A stretch of 64,000 nt of DNA from Gammaproteobacteria bacterium (lineage in GTDB: Bacteria; Pseudomonadota; Gammaproteobacteria; Steroidobacterales; Rariloculaceae): assembly GCA_035513215.1 (NCBI GenBank), contig DATKCK010000028.1, forward strand, positions 2,386 to 66,385. Direction: 5' to 3'. Under the pieces are notes generated by a model that was given only the letters and a program-made list of their open reading frames with translations, searched no databases and was not told the origin of the DNA. Shown here in pieces: positions 1 to 9,163 of the stretch. A program made the translations under genes and the position numbers. Numbering within the stretch: the stretch's first letter is position 1; each line of letters starts with the position of its first letter.

Positions 1-88
1 GCTCATCGAATCCTTGCGCTAGCTTTCACTTCGATGTCGCCGGACGCGCCGTCGACGATTTCGCGCTTTCAGGCGTTGCCGGGCTCGG

Positions 89-1012
89 CTAAAGACGGAT
101 TCGATCGGACCGGGCGTAAACGTTGAACCCGTCGCTCTTGAGGAATCCGATCAGCGTGATCCCGAACTCCCGGGCCAGCTCGACTGCCAGAGACGACGGC
201 GCACCGACCGCGGCAACGATCGGACAGCCGGCCATCATGGCTTTCTGCATGAGCTCGAAGCTCGCGCGCCCGCTCAGGATGATGCCGTGCCTGGCGAGCG
301 GCAAAGCGTCGTCCATCAGACGGCCGCCGATCAGCTTGTCGAGCGCGTTATGCCGGCCGACATCCTCGCGCACGGCGATGACCTTGCCGTCGACGTCGAA
401 GAGCCCCGAGGCATGCAGGCCGCCCGTCTCCTCGAAAACGGCCTGATCGGATATCAGCGCCTTGGGAAGGCCGCCGAGCACGCGGCGCTCGACCGAGAAG
501 TCATTGGATGCAATATCGAATCGCCCCTGTATCGCAACGGCATCGAGCGACGCCTTGCCGCAAACGCCGCAGCTCGAGGATGTATAGAAATGGCGCTCGA
601 GGCGATCGAGCTCGACTCTGACGCCGGCCGCAAGCTCGACGCGAACGACGTTGATCAGCCCGTTCGGCGCCGGCGGCCCGCAGGGCCGCGCGATCAGGAT
701 ATCGGCCGAGCGGCGGACGATGCCTTCGGAATACAGAAAACCGAGTGCCAGCTCCTCGTCGTTGCCGGGCGTTCGCATCGTGATCGAGATGCTGCGCTCG
801 ATCCGCGTGCCGTCCCCGCCGTCGAGATCGAGCCGGATCTCGAGCGGCTCCTCCGTCGCGACAACGTCGTCCGTGGCGACAACGTCCGTGGCGATGACGG
901 TGTCGTCGGCTGCGACGATGGCCTCACCGGCATCGCGGATACCGCCGCCGACGCGGTTGATGGCAACGCGCTTGAGACTCGGACGTCGCGCGAGTTCCGC
1001 TAGGTCGGCCAC
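89..1012 (-). CDS. fdhD: Formate dehydrogenase accessory sulfurtransferase FdhD
   Basis: The 307-aa ORF carries SCGVCGK and GGLHASGLF...GRHNALDKLIG motifs typical of FdhD. It is the last gene of the fds block and its start overlaps the upstream gene by 13 nt. Confidence 0.85.
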   Translation of the reverse strand: MADLAELARRPSLKRVAINRVGGGIRDAGEAIVAADDTVIATDVVATDDVVATEEPLEIRLDLDGGDGTRIERSISITMRTPGNDEELALGFLYSEGIVRRSADILIARPCGPPAPNGLINVVRVELAAGVRVELDRLERHFYTSSSCGVCGKASLDAVAIQGRFDIASNDFSVERRVLGGLPKALISDQAVFEETGGLHASGLFDVDGKVIAVREDVGRHNALDKLIGGRLMDDALPLARHGIILSGRASFELMQKAMMAGCPIVAAVGAPSSLAVELAREFGITLIGFLKSDGFNVYARSDRIRL

Positions 1013-2172
1013 GCATCACCTACCCGGCGCAGCATCCCCTCGTTCAGATCCGACAGTCTGGCACATCCGACGAGCGCCATGTCGCGCTCGAGCTCGGTGC
1101 GCAGAATCTCGAGCGCGCGTGTCGCGCCGGCCTCGCCGCCGGCCCCGAGCCCGTAGAGATAGGGGCGTCCGGCCGAGCAGGCCGTGGCGCCGAGCGCGAT
1201 GGCCTTCAGTATGTGCACGCCGCGGCGAATGCCGCCGTCGACGATGATTTCCATCTCTCCGCCGACCTGATCGACGACCTCGCGCAGCACGTCGAACGGC
1301 GCCGGCGAGAAATCGAGCTGACGGCCGCCGTGATTCGACAGCATGACGGCCGTCGCGCCCACCTGGCGCGCGCGCTTAGCGTCCTCGCCCGTCATGATGC
1401 CCTTGATGGCAAACGGACCGCCCCACTCACCGATCATCCATTCAGCGTCGTCCCAGGTCACGCTGCGGTCGAGCTGATTGTTCAGATACTCGATGATGCC
1501 GCCGAGCTTGTCGCTGCCGGGCGGCGGGCGGTGGGCGACGTTGGCCATATCGATCTTCGGCGAGGTCAGATGACGATAGACCCAGGCCGGATGCATCGCG
1601 ATGTCGATCAAGCTCATAAGCGACAGCTTCGGGGGCACCGTCATGCCCGTGACGATATCGCGCTCGCGGTTGCCCGAGACCGCGACATCGACGGTGAGCT
1701 GAAGCGCCTTGAATCCCGACTCCCTGGCGCGCTGAAAGAACTCGCGCGTCAGGCCCCTGTCCTTCAGCACGTAGACCTGGAAAGCCTTCGGGCCGTCGCT
1801 GAGCTTCGCGACTTCCTCGATGCTCATCGACGAGAAGCTCGACAGAGAGTACAGCGTGCCCGCGGCCTTTGCCGCGCGGACGACGGCCCGCTCGCCTTCG
1901 TAGTGAAACAGCCGCGACAGAGCCGTCGGCGAACAGAAGAACGGCCACTCTATCGGTGCGCCGAAGACGCTCGTCGACATGTCGATATGGGCGACGTCGA
2001 CGAGAGCGCGCGGCCGGAACTCCCACGAATCGAATGCCGTCGTATTGCGCCTGAGCGTCCATTCCTCGTCGGCGCCACCGTCGATGTAATGAAACATCGG
2101 CGCGGGCAGCTTCTTCTGCGCGAGCTTGCGCAGCTCAGCGATGTTGTAGGCGCGCTGGACGCGGGATCGCAT
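1000..2172 (-). CDS. FMN-dependent alpha-hydroxy acid dehydrogenase/oxidase (L-lactate dehydrogenase / glycolate oxidase family)
   Basis: The 390-aa ORF has the N-terminus NIAELRKLAQKKLPAPMFHYIDGGADEEWTLRRN and later SNHGGRQLD, both characteristic of the LldD/glycolate oxidase FMN family. Confidence 0.8.
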   Translation of the reverse strand: MRSRVQRAYNIAELRKLAQKKLPAPMFHYIDGGADEEWTLRRNTTAFDSWEFRPRALVDVAHIDMSTSVFGAPIEWPFFCSPTALSRLFHYEGERAVVRAAKAAGTLYSLSSFSSMSIEEVAKLSDGPKAFQVYVLKDRGLTREFFQRARESGFKALQLTVDVAVSGNRERDIVTGMTVPPKLSLMSLIDIAMHPAWVYRHLTSPKIDMANVAHRPPPGSDKLGGIIEYLNNQLDRSVTWDDAEWMIGEWGGPFAIKGIMTGEDAKRARQVGATAVMLSNHGGRQLDFSPAPFDVLREVVDQVGGEMEIIVDGGIRRGVHILKAIALGATACSAGRPYLYGLGAGGEAGATRALEILRTELERDMALVGCARLSDLNEGMLRRVGDAWPT

Positions 2173-2187
2173 GGCTGCGACCCCGCC

Positions 2188-2424
2188 TCAGGCGGGCTGG
2201 CCGATCGTCTCGGCCAGGGCTCTCACGGCGTCGTCGGCGATATCGTTGAGCCCGCCTTTCCCGCTTTGCCGGTGCTCGACGATCGCCCGCTTCATGTCGG
2301 GCGTCCAGAAGCGCGTCAGGTGGTCGCTGACGCCGGCGACGGCCTTGTCCCTCTTGCCGTAGTCGAAGTTGTCGGCGATCTGGTTCGCCATGCGAACCAG
2401 CTTGTTCGTCCCGTCGCTGCCCAC
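2188..2424 (-). CDS. fdsD: NAD-dependent formate dehydrogenase delta subunit
   Basis: The 78-aa ORF contains NKLVRMANQIADNF...HLTRFWTPDMK, the typical FdsD signature. It lies directly downstream of fdsA. Confidence 0.8.
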   Translation of the reverse strand: MGSDGTNKLVRMANQIADNFDYGKRDKAVAGVSDHLTRFWTPDMKRAIVEHRQSGKGGLNDIADDAVRALAETIGQPA

Positions 2425-2431
2425 GGCGGAC

Positions 2432-5302
2432 CTAGCTCACGGGCAGCGGCCGGCGGGCGCGCTCGAGCAGGTCGATCTGCTCGTCGGTGAAGGCTTCGAA
2501 TTTGCGCTGCCAGTCCGATAGCTTGCTGACCTTGAAGGCCTGGACCGCCGTCACCTTGTACTCGGGGCAGTTCGTCGCCCAGTCGGAATTGTCCGTCGTG
2601 ACGACGTTCGCGCCCGATTCCGGATGGTGGAAGGTCGTGTAGACGACCCCCGGCTGGACGCGATCCGTGATGACGGCCCGCAGCACCGTCTCGCCGGCGC
2701 GGCTTTGCAGGCCGACCCAGTCGCCTTCCTCGATGCCGCGCTGCTCGGCATCGTGCGGATGCATCTCGAGCACGTCCTCGTTGTGCCAGCCCAGGTTTGC
2801 CGTGCGCCGCGTCTGCGCGCCGACGTTGTACTGGCTCAGTATCCGGCCGGTCGTCAAGAGCAGCGGGTACTTGCTCGTCGAACGCTCGTCGGTCGGGACG
2901 TACGGCGTCACGCGGAAAAGCCCCTTGCCGCGCACGAACTCTTCGACGTGCATCGTCGGCGTGCCGAACTCGGCCTCGTCGTTGCAGGGCCACTGGATGC
3001 TGCCGAGCTTATCGAGCTTCTCGAAGCTCACGCCCTTGAAGGTCGGCGTCAACCGCGCGATCTCGTCCATGATCTCGCTCGGATGCGAGTAGCTCATGTC
3101 GTAGCCCATCGCCTTTGCAAGGCCCATCGTCGCCTGCCAGTCCTCGAGCTCGGCCATCGGCTCCATGACCTTGCGCACGGGCGAGATCCGGCGCTCGGCA
3201 TTCGTGAACGTGCCGTTCTTCTCGAGGAACGAAGAGCCCGGGAGGAAGACGTGGGCGAACTTCGCCGTCTCGTTCAGGAAAAGATCCTGCACGATCATGC
3301 ACTCGAGCGACGACAGCGCCGCCTCGACGTGCTGCGTATCCGGATCCGACTGCGCGACGTCCTCGCCCTGCACGTAAAGGCCCTTGAAGCGGCCGGCGAC
3401 GGCGGCGTCGAACATGTTCGGAATTCTCAAACCGGGATCGGGCTGGATCTCGACGCCCCAGTCGTCGCCGAAGAGCTTGCGAACGGCCGCGTCCGAGACG
3501 TGGCGATAGCCCGGCAGCTCGTGCGGGAAAGAGCCCATGTCGCAGGATCCCTGGACGTTGTTCTGGCCGCGCAGCGGATTGACGCCGACGCCTTCGCGGC
3601 CGAGGTTGCCCGTCGCCATCGCGAGGTTCGCGATGCCCATGACCATCGTCGAGCCCTGGCTGTGCTCGGAGACGCCGAGCCCGTAGTAAATCGCGGCGTT
3701 AGGCGCAGCGGCGTAAAGCCTCGCCGCGGCGCGGGCGGTCTCGGCCGGCACGCCCGTTTCCTGCTCGACGTTCTCCGGGGAATTGCGCTCCTCGAGAATA
3801 AAATTGCGCCAGTCCTCGTAAGCCTCGAGATCGCAGCGCTGCTCGATGAACGACTTGTCCTCAAGCCCCTCGCTGAGCACGACGTGCGCGAGCGCGTTGA
3901 TGATCGCGACGTTGGTCCCGGGCCGAAGCCCGAGGTGATACTCGGCCTTGACGTGCGGCGACCTGACGAGGTCGATTGCGCGCGGATCGACGACGATCAG
4001 CCCGGCGCCCTCGCGCAGGCGCCGCTTCATCTGCGAGGCGAACACCGGGTGCGCGTCGGTCGGGTTCGCGCCGATGACCATGATGACGTCGGCCTTCATG
4101 ACCGAGTCGAAGTTCTGCGTGCCGGCCGATTCGCCGAGCGTCGTCTTGAGCCCGTATCCGGTCGGCGAGTGGCAGACACGGGCGCAGGTATCGACGTTGT
4201 TGTTGCCGAAGGCCGCGCGGACGAGCTTCTGCACGAGATAGGTCTCCTCGTTCGTGCAGCGCGACGACGTGATGCCGCCGATCGAGCCCGGGCCGTATTT
4301 CGCCTGAATGCCCTTGAGCTTCTTCGCAGCGAACTCGAAGGCCTCGTCCCAGCTCACTTCCTGCCACGGATCGTGGATCGACTCGCGGATCATCGGCTTC
4401 GTGATGCGATCCTTGTGGGTCGCGTAGCCGAAGGCGAAGCGGCCCTTGACGCAGGAATGGCCGTGATTGGCGCCGCCGTCCTTATTCGGAATCATCTTGA
4501 CGACCTTGCCGCCCTTCATCTCGGCGCGAAACGAGCAGCCGACGCCGCAATAGGCGCAGGTCGTGATCGCGTAATGCTCGGGTTGGCCCATCTCGATCAG
4601 CGAATTCTCGGTCAGCGTCGCCGTCGGACAGGCTTGAATGCAGGCGCCGCAGGACACGCATTCGGAATCAATGAAAGGCTGATCCTGGCTTGCGGCCACC
4701 TTCGATTCGAAGCCGCGGCCGTCGATCGTCAGCGCGAACGTGCCCTGCACCTCCTCGCAGGCCCGGACGCAGCGCGAGCAGACGATGCACTTCGACGGGT
4801 CGAACGTGAAATACGGGTTCGATCTGTCCTTCTCGGCATCGAGGTGGTTCTCGCCCTCGTAGCCGTAGCGAACCTCGCGCAGACCGACACTGCCTGCCAT
4901 GTCCTGAAGCTCGCAGTCGCCGTTCGTCGGGCAGGTCAGGCAGTCGAGCGGATGGTCGGAGATATAAAGCTCCATGACGTTGCGCCTGATACTGGCGAGC
5001 CGGTTCGTCTCGGTCGTCACGACCATGCCTTCGCGAACCTCGGTCGTGCACGAGGCCGGCAGGCCCTTGGCGCCCTCGATCTCGACGAGGCAAAGCCGGC
5101 ACGAGCCGAAAGCTTTCTGGCTGTCCGTCGCGCAGAGCTTCGGGATATTGATGCCCGCCTCGGCGGCGGCTCTTAGGACCGTCGTGCCTTTCGGCACGGC
5201 GATCGTCTCGCCGTCGATCTCGAGAGTAACCTGCTCCGTCGATTGCGATTCCGGCGTGCCGAAATCCCGCTCCCTCGCGTAGGGTTTGTAATCAGCCCTC
5301 AT
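2432..5302 (-). CDS. fdsA: NAD-dependent formate dehydrogenase alpha subunit (molybdopterin, Fe-S)
   Basis: The 956-aa ORF has an N-terminal 2Fe-2S/4Fe-4S Cys clusters (CRLCLVEI, CIVCSRCVRAC, CVSCGACIQACP). It also has a molybdopterin domain with ARVCHSPTG, so the active site is Cys, not Sec. Confidence 0.9.
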   Translation of the reverse strand: MRADYKPYARERDFGTPESQSTEQVTLEIDGETIAVPKGTTVLRAAAEAGINIPKLCATDSQKAFGSCRLCLVEIEGAKGLPASCTTEVREGMVVTTETNRLASIRRNVMELYISDHPLDCLTCPTNGDCELQDMAGSVGLREVRYGYEGENHLDAEKDRSNPYFTFDPSKCIVCSRCVRACEEVQGTFALTIDGRGFESKVAASQDQPFIDSECVSCGACIQACPTATLTENSLIEMGQPEHYAITTCAYCGVGCSFRAEMKGGKVVKMIPNKDGGANHGHSCVKGRFAFGYATHKDRITKPMIRESIHDPWQEVSWDEAFEFAAKKLKGIQAKYGPGSIGGITSSRCTNEETYLVQKLVRAAFGNNNVDTCARVCHSPTGYGLKTTLGESAGTQNFDSVMKADVIMVIGANPTDAHPVFASQMKRRLREGAGLIVVDPRAIDLVRSPHVKAEYHLGLRPGTNVAIINALAHVVLSEGLEDKSFIEQRCDLEAYEDWRNFILEERNSPENVEQETGVPAETARAAARLYAAAPNAAIYYGLGVSEHSQGSTMVMGIANLAMATGNLGREGVGVNPLRGQNNVQGSCDMGSFPHELPGYRHVSDAAVRKLFGDDWGVEIQPDPGLRIPNMFDAAVAGRFKGLYVQGEDVAQSDPDTQHVEAALSSLECMIVQDLFLNETAKFAHVFLPGSSFLEKNGTFTNAERRISPVRKVMEPMAELEDWQATMGLAKAMGYDMSYSHPSEIMDEIARLTPTFKGVSFEKLDKLGSIQWPCNDEAEFGTPTMHVEEFVRGKGLFRVTPYVPTDERSTSKYPLLLTTGRILSQYNVGAQTRRTANLGWHNEDVLEMHPHDAEQRGIEEGDWVGLQSRAGETVLRAVITDRVQPGVVYTTFHHPESGANVVTTDNSDWATNCPEYKVTAVQAFKVSKLSDWQRKFEAFTDEQIDLLERARRPLPVS

Positions 5303-5324
5303 CCTGACTCTCCCTCCGGGCCCC

Positions 5325-6875
5325 TCAGTGCCGCGGGCCCAGATCCTCCGGAAAATGATCCATCACGCTCAGGACGGGAAACGGCGCCATCCCGCCCAGG
5401 GCGCAAAGCGATCCGTCGACCATTGTGCCGCACAAATCGCGCAAAAGCGTGAGATTCGCCTCGGTTTCGATGCCGGCCCGGATCTTGTCGATGACCTCGA
5501 CGCCGCGCACGGCGCCGATCCGGCACGGCGTGCACTTGCCGCACGATTCGATCGCGCAGAACTCCATCGCGAACCGGGCCTGCTCGCCCATGTCGACCGT
5601 GTCGTCGAAAACGACGAGCCCGCCATGACCGACCATGGCGCCGACGGCCGCGAACGCCTCGTAATCGATCGCGGTGTCGAACCTGGACGGATGGACATAA
5701 GCACCGAGCGGACCGCCGGCCTGAACGGCGCGGATCGGCCGGCCCGTGGCGCTGCCGCCGCCGAAATCGTAGAGAAGCTCGCGCAGCGTCTTGCCGAAGG
5801 CGATCTCGACGAGCCCGCCCTGCCTGACGTTGCCGGCGAGCTGCACGGTCAGCGTGCCGCGCGAGCGGCCGACGCCGTAGTCCTTGTAATGCTCCGCTCC
5901 CCTGTCGAGGATGATCGGGACGCTAGCGAGCGAGATGACGTTGTTGACGACGGTCGGTCGGCCGAAGAGCCCCTTGATCGCCGGCAGCGGCGGGCGAAAG
6001 CGAATCATGCCCCGCTTGCCTTCGAGACTTTCGAGCAGCGAGGTTTCCTCACCGCAGATATAGGCGCCGGCGGCCTCGCGCACCTCGAGGTCGAATGCGC
6101 GCTCGCCGCCCAAGACGCTGTCGCCGAGCAGGCCCGCGGCTTTCGCGGTCTCGATCGCCGACTGCATCGTTCTGATCGACTGCGGGTACTCGGCGCGGAC
6201 GTAGACGTAGCCCTTCGTCGCGCCGACGGCGAGCCCGGCGATCGTCATGCCTTCGATCAGGACGAACGGGTCGGACTCCATGATCATGCGATCGGCAAAG
6301 GTTCCGGAATCGCCTTCGTCGGCATTGCAGACGACGTACTTCTGATCGGCCTCGGTCTGAAGCACCGTGTTCCACTTGATGCCAGTCGGAAACGCCGCGC
6401 CGCCCCGGCCGCGGAGCCCTGAGTCGGTGACGGCCCTGACGATGGCCTCGCCCGTCATGCCGACGGCGTTCTGAAGTCCCCGATAGCCGCCGTGGGCCCG
6501 GTAATCGTCCAGCGAGAGCGGATCGACGATTCCGACGCGCGCCATCGTCAGGCGCGACTGCGCGGCGAGGTACGGAATGGCCTCGGTCGCGCCGAGCGAT
6601 TTCGGATGGCTGCCGCCGGTCAGGAAATCGGCGTCGAAGAGGCCTGCGGCGTCACCGGGCTCGATCGGGCCGTAGGCCAGACGCTCGCCGTCGACCTCGA
6701 CCTCGAGCATCGGCTCGAGCCAGTAGAGCCCGCGCGAGCCGTTGCGGACGATGTCGACGGCGAGACCGCGTGCCTCGGCCTCGGCGCCGATCGCCTCGGC
6801 AACGAGATCGGCGCCGAGCGAGCGGGCCGTCGTATCGGACGGAACGAACACGCGAACGGAATCGGACCGGCTCAT
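5325..6875 (-). CDS. fdsB: NAD-dependent formate dehydrogenase beta subunit (NuoF-like, FMN/NAD binding)
   Basis: The 516-aa ORF contains GRGGAAFPTGIKW, CNADEGDSGTF and ESCGKCTPCR motifs of NuoF-type subunits. Confidence 0.9.
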   Translation of the reverse strand: MSRSDSVRVFVPSDTTARSLGADLVAEAIGAEAEARGLAVDIVRNGSRGLYWLEPMLEVEVDGERLAYGPIEPGDAAGLFDADFLTGGSHPKSLGATEAIPYLAAQSRLTMARVGIVDPLSLDDYRAHGGYRGLQNAVGMTGEAIVRAVTDSGLRGRGGAAFPTGIKWNTVLQTEADQKYVVCNADEGDSGTFADRMIMESDPFVLIEGMTIAGLAVGATKGYVYVRAEYPQSIRTMQSAIETAKAAGLLGDSVLGGERAFDLEVREAAGAYICGEETSLLESLEGKRGMIRFRPPLPAIKGLFGRPTVVNNVISLASVPIILDRGAEHYKDYGVGRSRGTLTVQLAGNVRQGGLVEIAFGKTLRELLYDFGGGSATGRPIRAVQAGGPLGAYVHPSRFDTAIDYEAFAAVGAMVGHGGLVVFDDTVDMGEQARFAMEFCAIESCGKCTPCRIGAVRGVEVIDKIRAGIETEANLTLLRDLCGTMVDGSLCALGGMAPFPVLSVMDHFPEDLGPRH

Positions 6876-6888
6876 GGACAGCCCCCGC

Positions 6889-7368
6889 TCAGCCCAGAAG
6901 CTCGTCGATGCGATCGGTGCTGACGCGGCCGTACACAGTCTCGTCGATCATGATGGCCGGCGAACAGGCGCAGTTCCCGAGGCAATAGACGGGCTCGAGG
7001 CTGAAGCGGCCGTCGGCCGTCGTCTCGTGGAAATCGACGTTGAGCTTCTGCTTGACGTGCGCCTCGAGCGCGCGGGCTCCCATCGCCTGGCAGGCCTCGG
7101 CGCGGCAGAGGTACAGGATCTGCCTGCCGGGGGCCTCGGTCCGGAAAAAGTGATAGAAGCTGATGACGCCGTGGACCTCGGCACGGGACAGATTGAGCCC
7201 CGCCGCGATACTCGGCACGGCCTCGTTCGGGACGTAACCGAGCCGATCCTGAATCGCGTGGAGCAGCGGCAGCAGCGCGCCGGGCCTCGCGCCATGCTCA
7301 CGGATGATGGCCTCGATCGCGGCCTTTTGAGGGTACCTTTCGGGTTGTTGCAGCGGCTTGGTGTCCAT
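6889..7368 (-). CDS. fdsG: NAD-dependent formate dehydrogenase gamma subunit (NuoE-like 2Fe-2S)
   Basis: The 159-aa ORF has the NuoE-like pattern [10 protein letters not shown]...[12 protein letters not shown]...[10 protein letters not shown]. It is the first gene of the operon. Confidence 0.9.
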   Translation of the reverse strand: MDTKPLQQPERYPQKAAIEAIIREHGARPGALLPLLHAIQDRLGYVPNEAVPSIAAGLNLSRAEVHGVISFYHFFRTEAPGRQILYLCRAEACQAMGARALEAHVKQKLNVDFHETTADGRFSLEPVYCLGNCACSPAIMIDETVYGRVSTDRIDELLG

Positions 7369-7484
7369 TCCGGCCTCGTTCAGGCTCGACCCATTAGTAT
7401 AACCGTGCAGCCGGCGCGGTTTCGAACGCCCGGATGTGGCCTGCCGCTGTGGCGACGGGGCAACACGGAGACCGGTTCCATCTT

Positions 7485-7513
7485 TAGGTCATCAGGAAAC
7501 TTTGCCCTATAAT
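7485..7513 (+). promoter_or_regulatory. Candidate sigma-70 promoter for HMG-CoA synthase (TTAGGT, 17 bp spacer, TATAAT)
   Basis: A perfect TATAAT lies at 7508-7513 with a weak -35 TTAGGT at 7485-7490, about 75 nt upstream of the ATG at 7588. This rests on sequence inspection only. Confidence 0.35.
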
Positions 7514-7587
7514 CATGCGTTTTAGTGACAAATGCGCATGTCGCGGCGCGGCTTCGGCCGCGCGTCACGAAGTGTGGGGTCCAGCGA

Positions 7588-9048
7588 ATGAATGAGTCCG
7601 TCGGCATCAGTGGATTCGCCGTCTACGTACCGCCCTACCGGATCGATCTGAAGGCCTGGTGCGACTGGACCGAATCCCCCTGGGACAAGACCGAGGCCGT
7701 CGTCGGCCGCAGCTTCCGGATGCGGGGTCCCGCCCAGAGCGTCTACACGATCGCGGCGACGGCCGTCCTGCGGCTGATCGAGCGCTATGACGTCGATCCG
7801 GCCAGGGTCGGGTTTCTCGGCCTCGGCACGGAGTCGAGCACCGACAACTCGGCCGGCGCCGTCATCATCAAGGGGATGATCGACGACGCGCTCAGGGCCA
7901 AGGGCCGGAAGCCCCTGTCGCGCAATTGTGAGGTTCCCGAGGTTAAGCACGCCTGCCTCGGCGGCGTTTATGCGCTGAAGAACGCGCTTCGCTATCTCGC
8001 GCTCGAAGACGCCGACCGCTGCGCCATCGTCGTCAGCGCCGACATCGCCGAGTACGCGCGCGGCAGCTCCGGCGAGCCGACACAGGGCGCCGGCGGCGTC
8101 GCCATGCTACTCGAGCGGAATCCTTCCATGCTCGAGATCGATCTGAAATCGATCGGCAGCGCTTCGTCCTATCGCGCCGTCGATTTCAGAAAGCCCGTGC
8201 TCAGGAACATCATTCGCGGCGCTTTGAACTGCCATTTTCAGGACCTGCCCGTTTTCAACGGCAAGTACTCGACCACCTGTTACCTCGATGAAACGCTGCA
8301 TGCGCTCAACGACATGCTGACGCGCATGAACAAGGAGCCAGCCAACTACTACCGCGAGCTTGCGGCGACCTTCATGCACCGGCCCTATCACCGGATGCCG
8401 GAAACCGCATTCGCGATGAGCTATATGTTCGCGCTCGGCCAGGACGACAACGGCCGCAAGCTCCTCAGGGAGCAATGCGCCCGGATCGGCATGAGCTTCG
8501 ACGACCTGCTCGCCGAGATGAGCTCGACCCCCGACGTGCTCGATCTCTTCCGCAACGGCACGATCGACGAGGACGTGTATCCGCTCTGCGTGCAGCTTCT
8601 GCGCGAGTTTCGCAAGAGCCCGGAGTTCGCCGCCGTCGTCGCCTCGAAGATGTCGCTGGGCTCCGACATCATGAAGGAGATCGGCAACGTCTATTGCGCG
8701 GCCTTGCCGGCATGGATGGCGGCCGGCCTCGAAGACGCCGCTCGCCGCGGCATCGATCTCGCCGGCGGCAAGGTGCTCGCCGTCGGCTACGGCTCAGGTG
8801 ACGCGGCCGAGGCGATTCCGATGCGGGTCGCGCCCGGCTGGGAGGCTGCCGCCCGCAAGATCGGCTTCGAGGACGCGCTCGAAGGCGCCCAGAACCTGAG
8901 TCGCGAGCAGTACGAGGCCCTGCACGACTCGGGCACGGCCGAAGGCCTGCGCGATCCCGACGAAGGCTTCGTCATCGAGACCATCGGCACCAACACCAAC
9001 CCCGCCTTGAGCGACGAAGGTATCGAGTTCTACCGCTATCTCGCGTGA
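7588..9048 (+). CDS. mvaS: Hydroxymethylglutaryl-CoA synthase
   Basis: From the internal ATG the product begins MNESVGISGFAVYVPPYRIDL. It has TESSTDNS, the catalytic-Cys context KHACLGGVYAL and EPTQGAGGVAML motifs of HMG-CoA synthases. The track ORF begins upstream at a GTG (7525), but the ATG at 7588 fits the family N-terminus. Confidence 0.85.
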   Translation: MNESVGISGFAVYVPPYRIDLKAWCDWTESPWDKTEAVVGRSFRMRGPAQSVYTIAATAVLRLIERYDVDPARVGFLGLGTESSTDNSAGAVIIKGMIDDALRAKGRKPLSRNCEVPEVKHACLGGVYALKNALRYLALEDADRCAIVVSADIAEYARGSSGEPTQGAGGVAMLLERNPSMLEIDLKSIGSASSYRAVDFRKPVLRNIIRGALNCHFQDLPVFNGKYSTTCYLDETLHALNDMLTRMNKEPANYYRELAATFMHRPYHRMPETAFAMSYMFALGQDDNGRKLLREQCARIGMSFDDLLAEMSSTPDVLDLFRNGTIDEDVYPLCVQLLREFRKSPEFAAVVASKMSLGSDIMKEIGNVYCAALPAWMAAGLEDAARRGIDLAGGKVLAVGYGSGDAAEAIPMRVAPGWEAAARKIGFEDALEGAQNLSREQYEALHDSGTAEGLRDPDEGFVIETIGTNTNPALSDEGIEFYRYLA

Positions 9049-9050
9049 GC

Positions 9051-9087
9051 GTGGTCGAAGACGGTGGTCGAAGACGGGTCGAAGACG
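9051..9087. repeat. Tandem direct repeat (TGGTCGAAGACGG x2 plus a truncated third unit)
   Basis: Read directly from the sequence: tggtcgaagacgg tggtcgaagacgg gtcgaagacgg. It runs straight into the REP-like hairpin. Confidence 0.85.
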
Positions 9088-9144
9088 GGGTCAGACCCCT
9101 TTCAGGTTTCTCCCGAACGGGAGAAACCTGAAAGGGGTCTGACC
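9087..9144. repeat. REP-like palindromic element copy A (26-bp perfect hairpin); probable bidirectional terminator between convergent genes
   Basis: The arm ggggtcagacccctttcaggtttctccc, loop gaac and arm gggagaaacctgaaaggggtctgacc lie between the mvaS stop (9048) and the hpnM-like stop (9164). Confidence 0.8.
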
Positions 9145-9163
9145 TCATTACAGCGTGACCCCA

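Noticed and set aside
1-88. A possible gene start on the minus strand at position 6 (ATGAGC preceded by AAGGA).
   Set aside because: Only two codons lie inside the window, so it cannot be supported.
2624-5176. An 850-aa plus-strand ORF antisense to fdsA.
   Set aside because: It is Arg/Ala/Leu-rich with no recognisable motifs and is fully contained in the strongly supported fdsA gene. Long open antisense frames are expected in GC-rich DNA.
2432-5302. A selenocysteine (in-frame TGA) in the formate dehydrogenase catalytic subunit.
   Set aside because: The ORF is uninterrupted and the active-site position reads Cys (ARVCHSPTG). No SECIS-like hairpin is needed.
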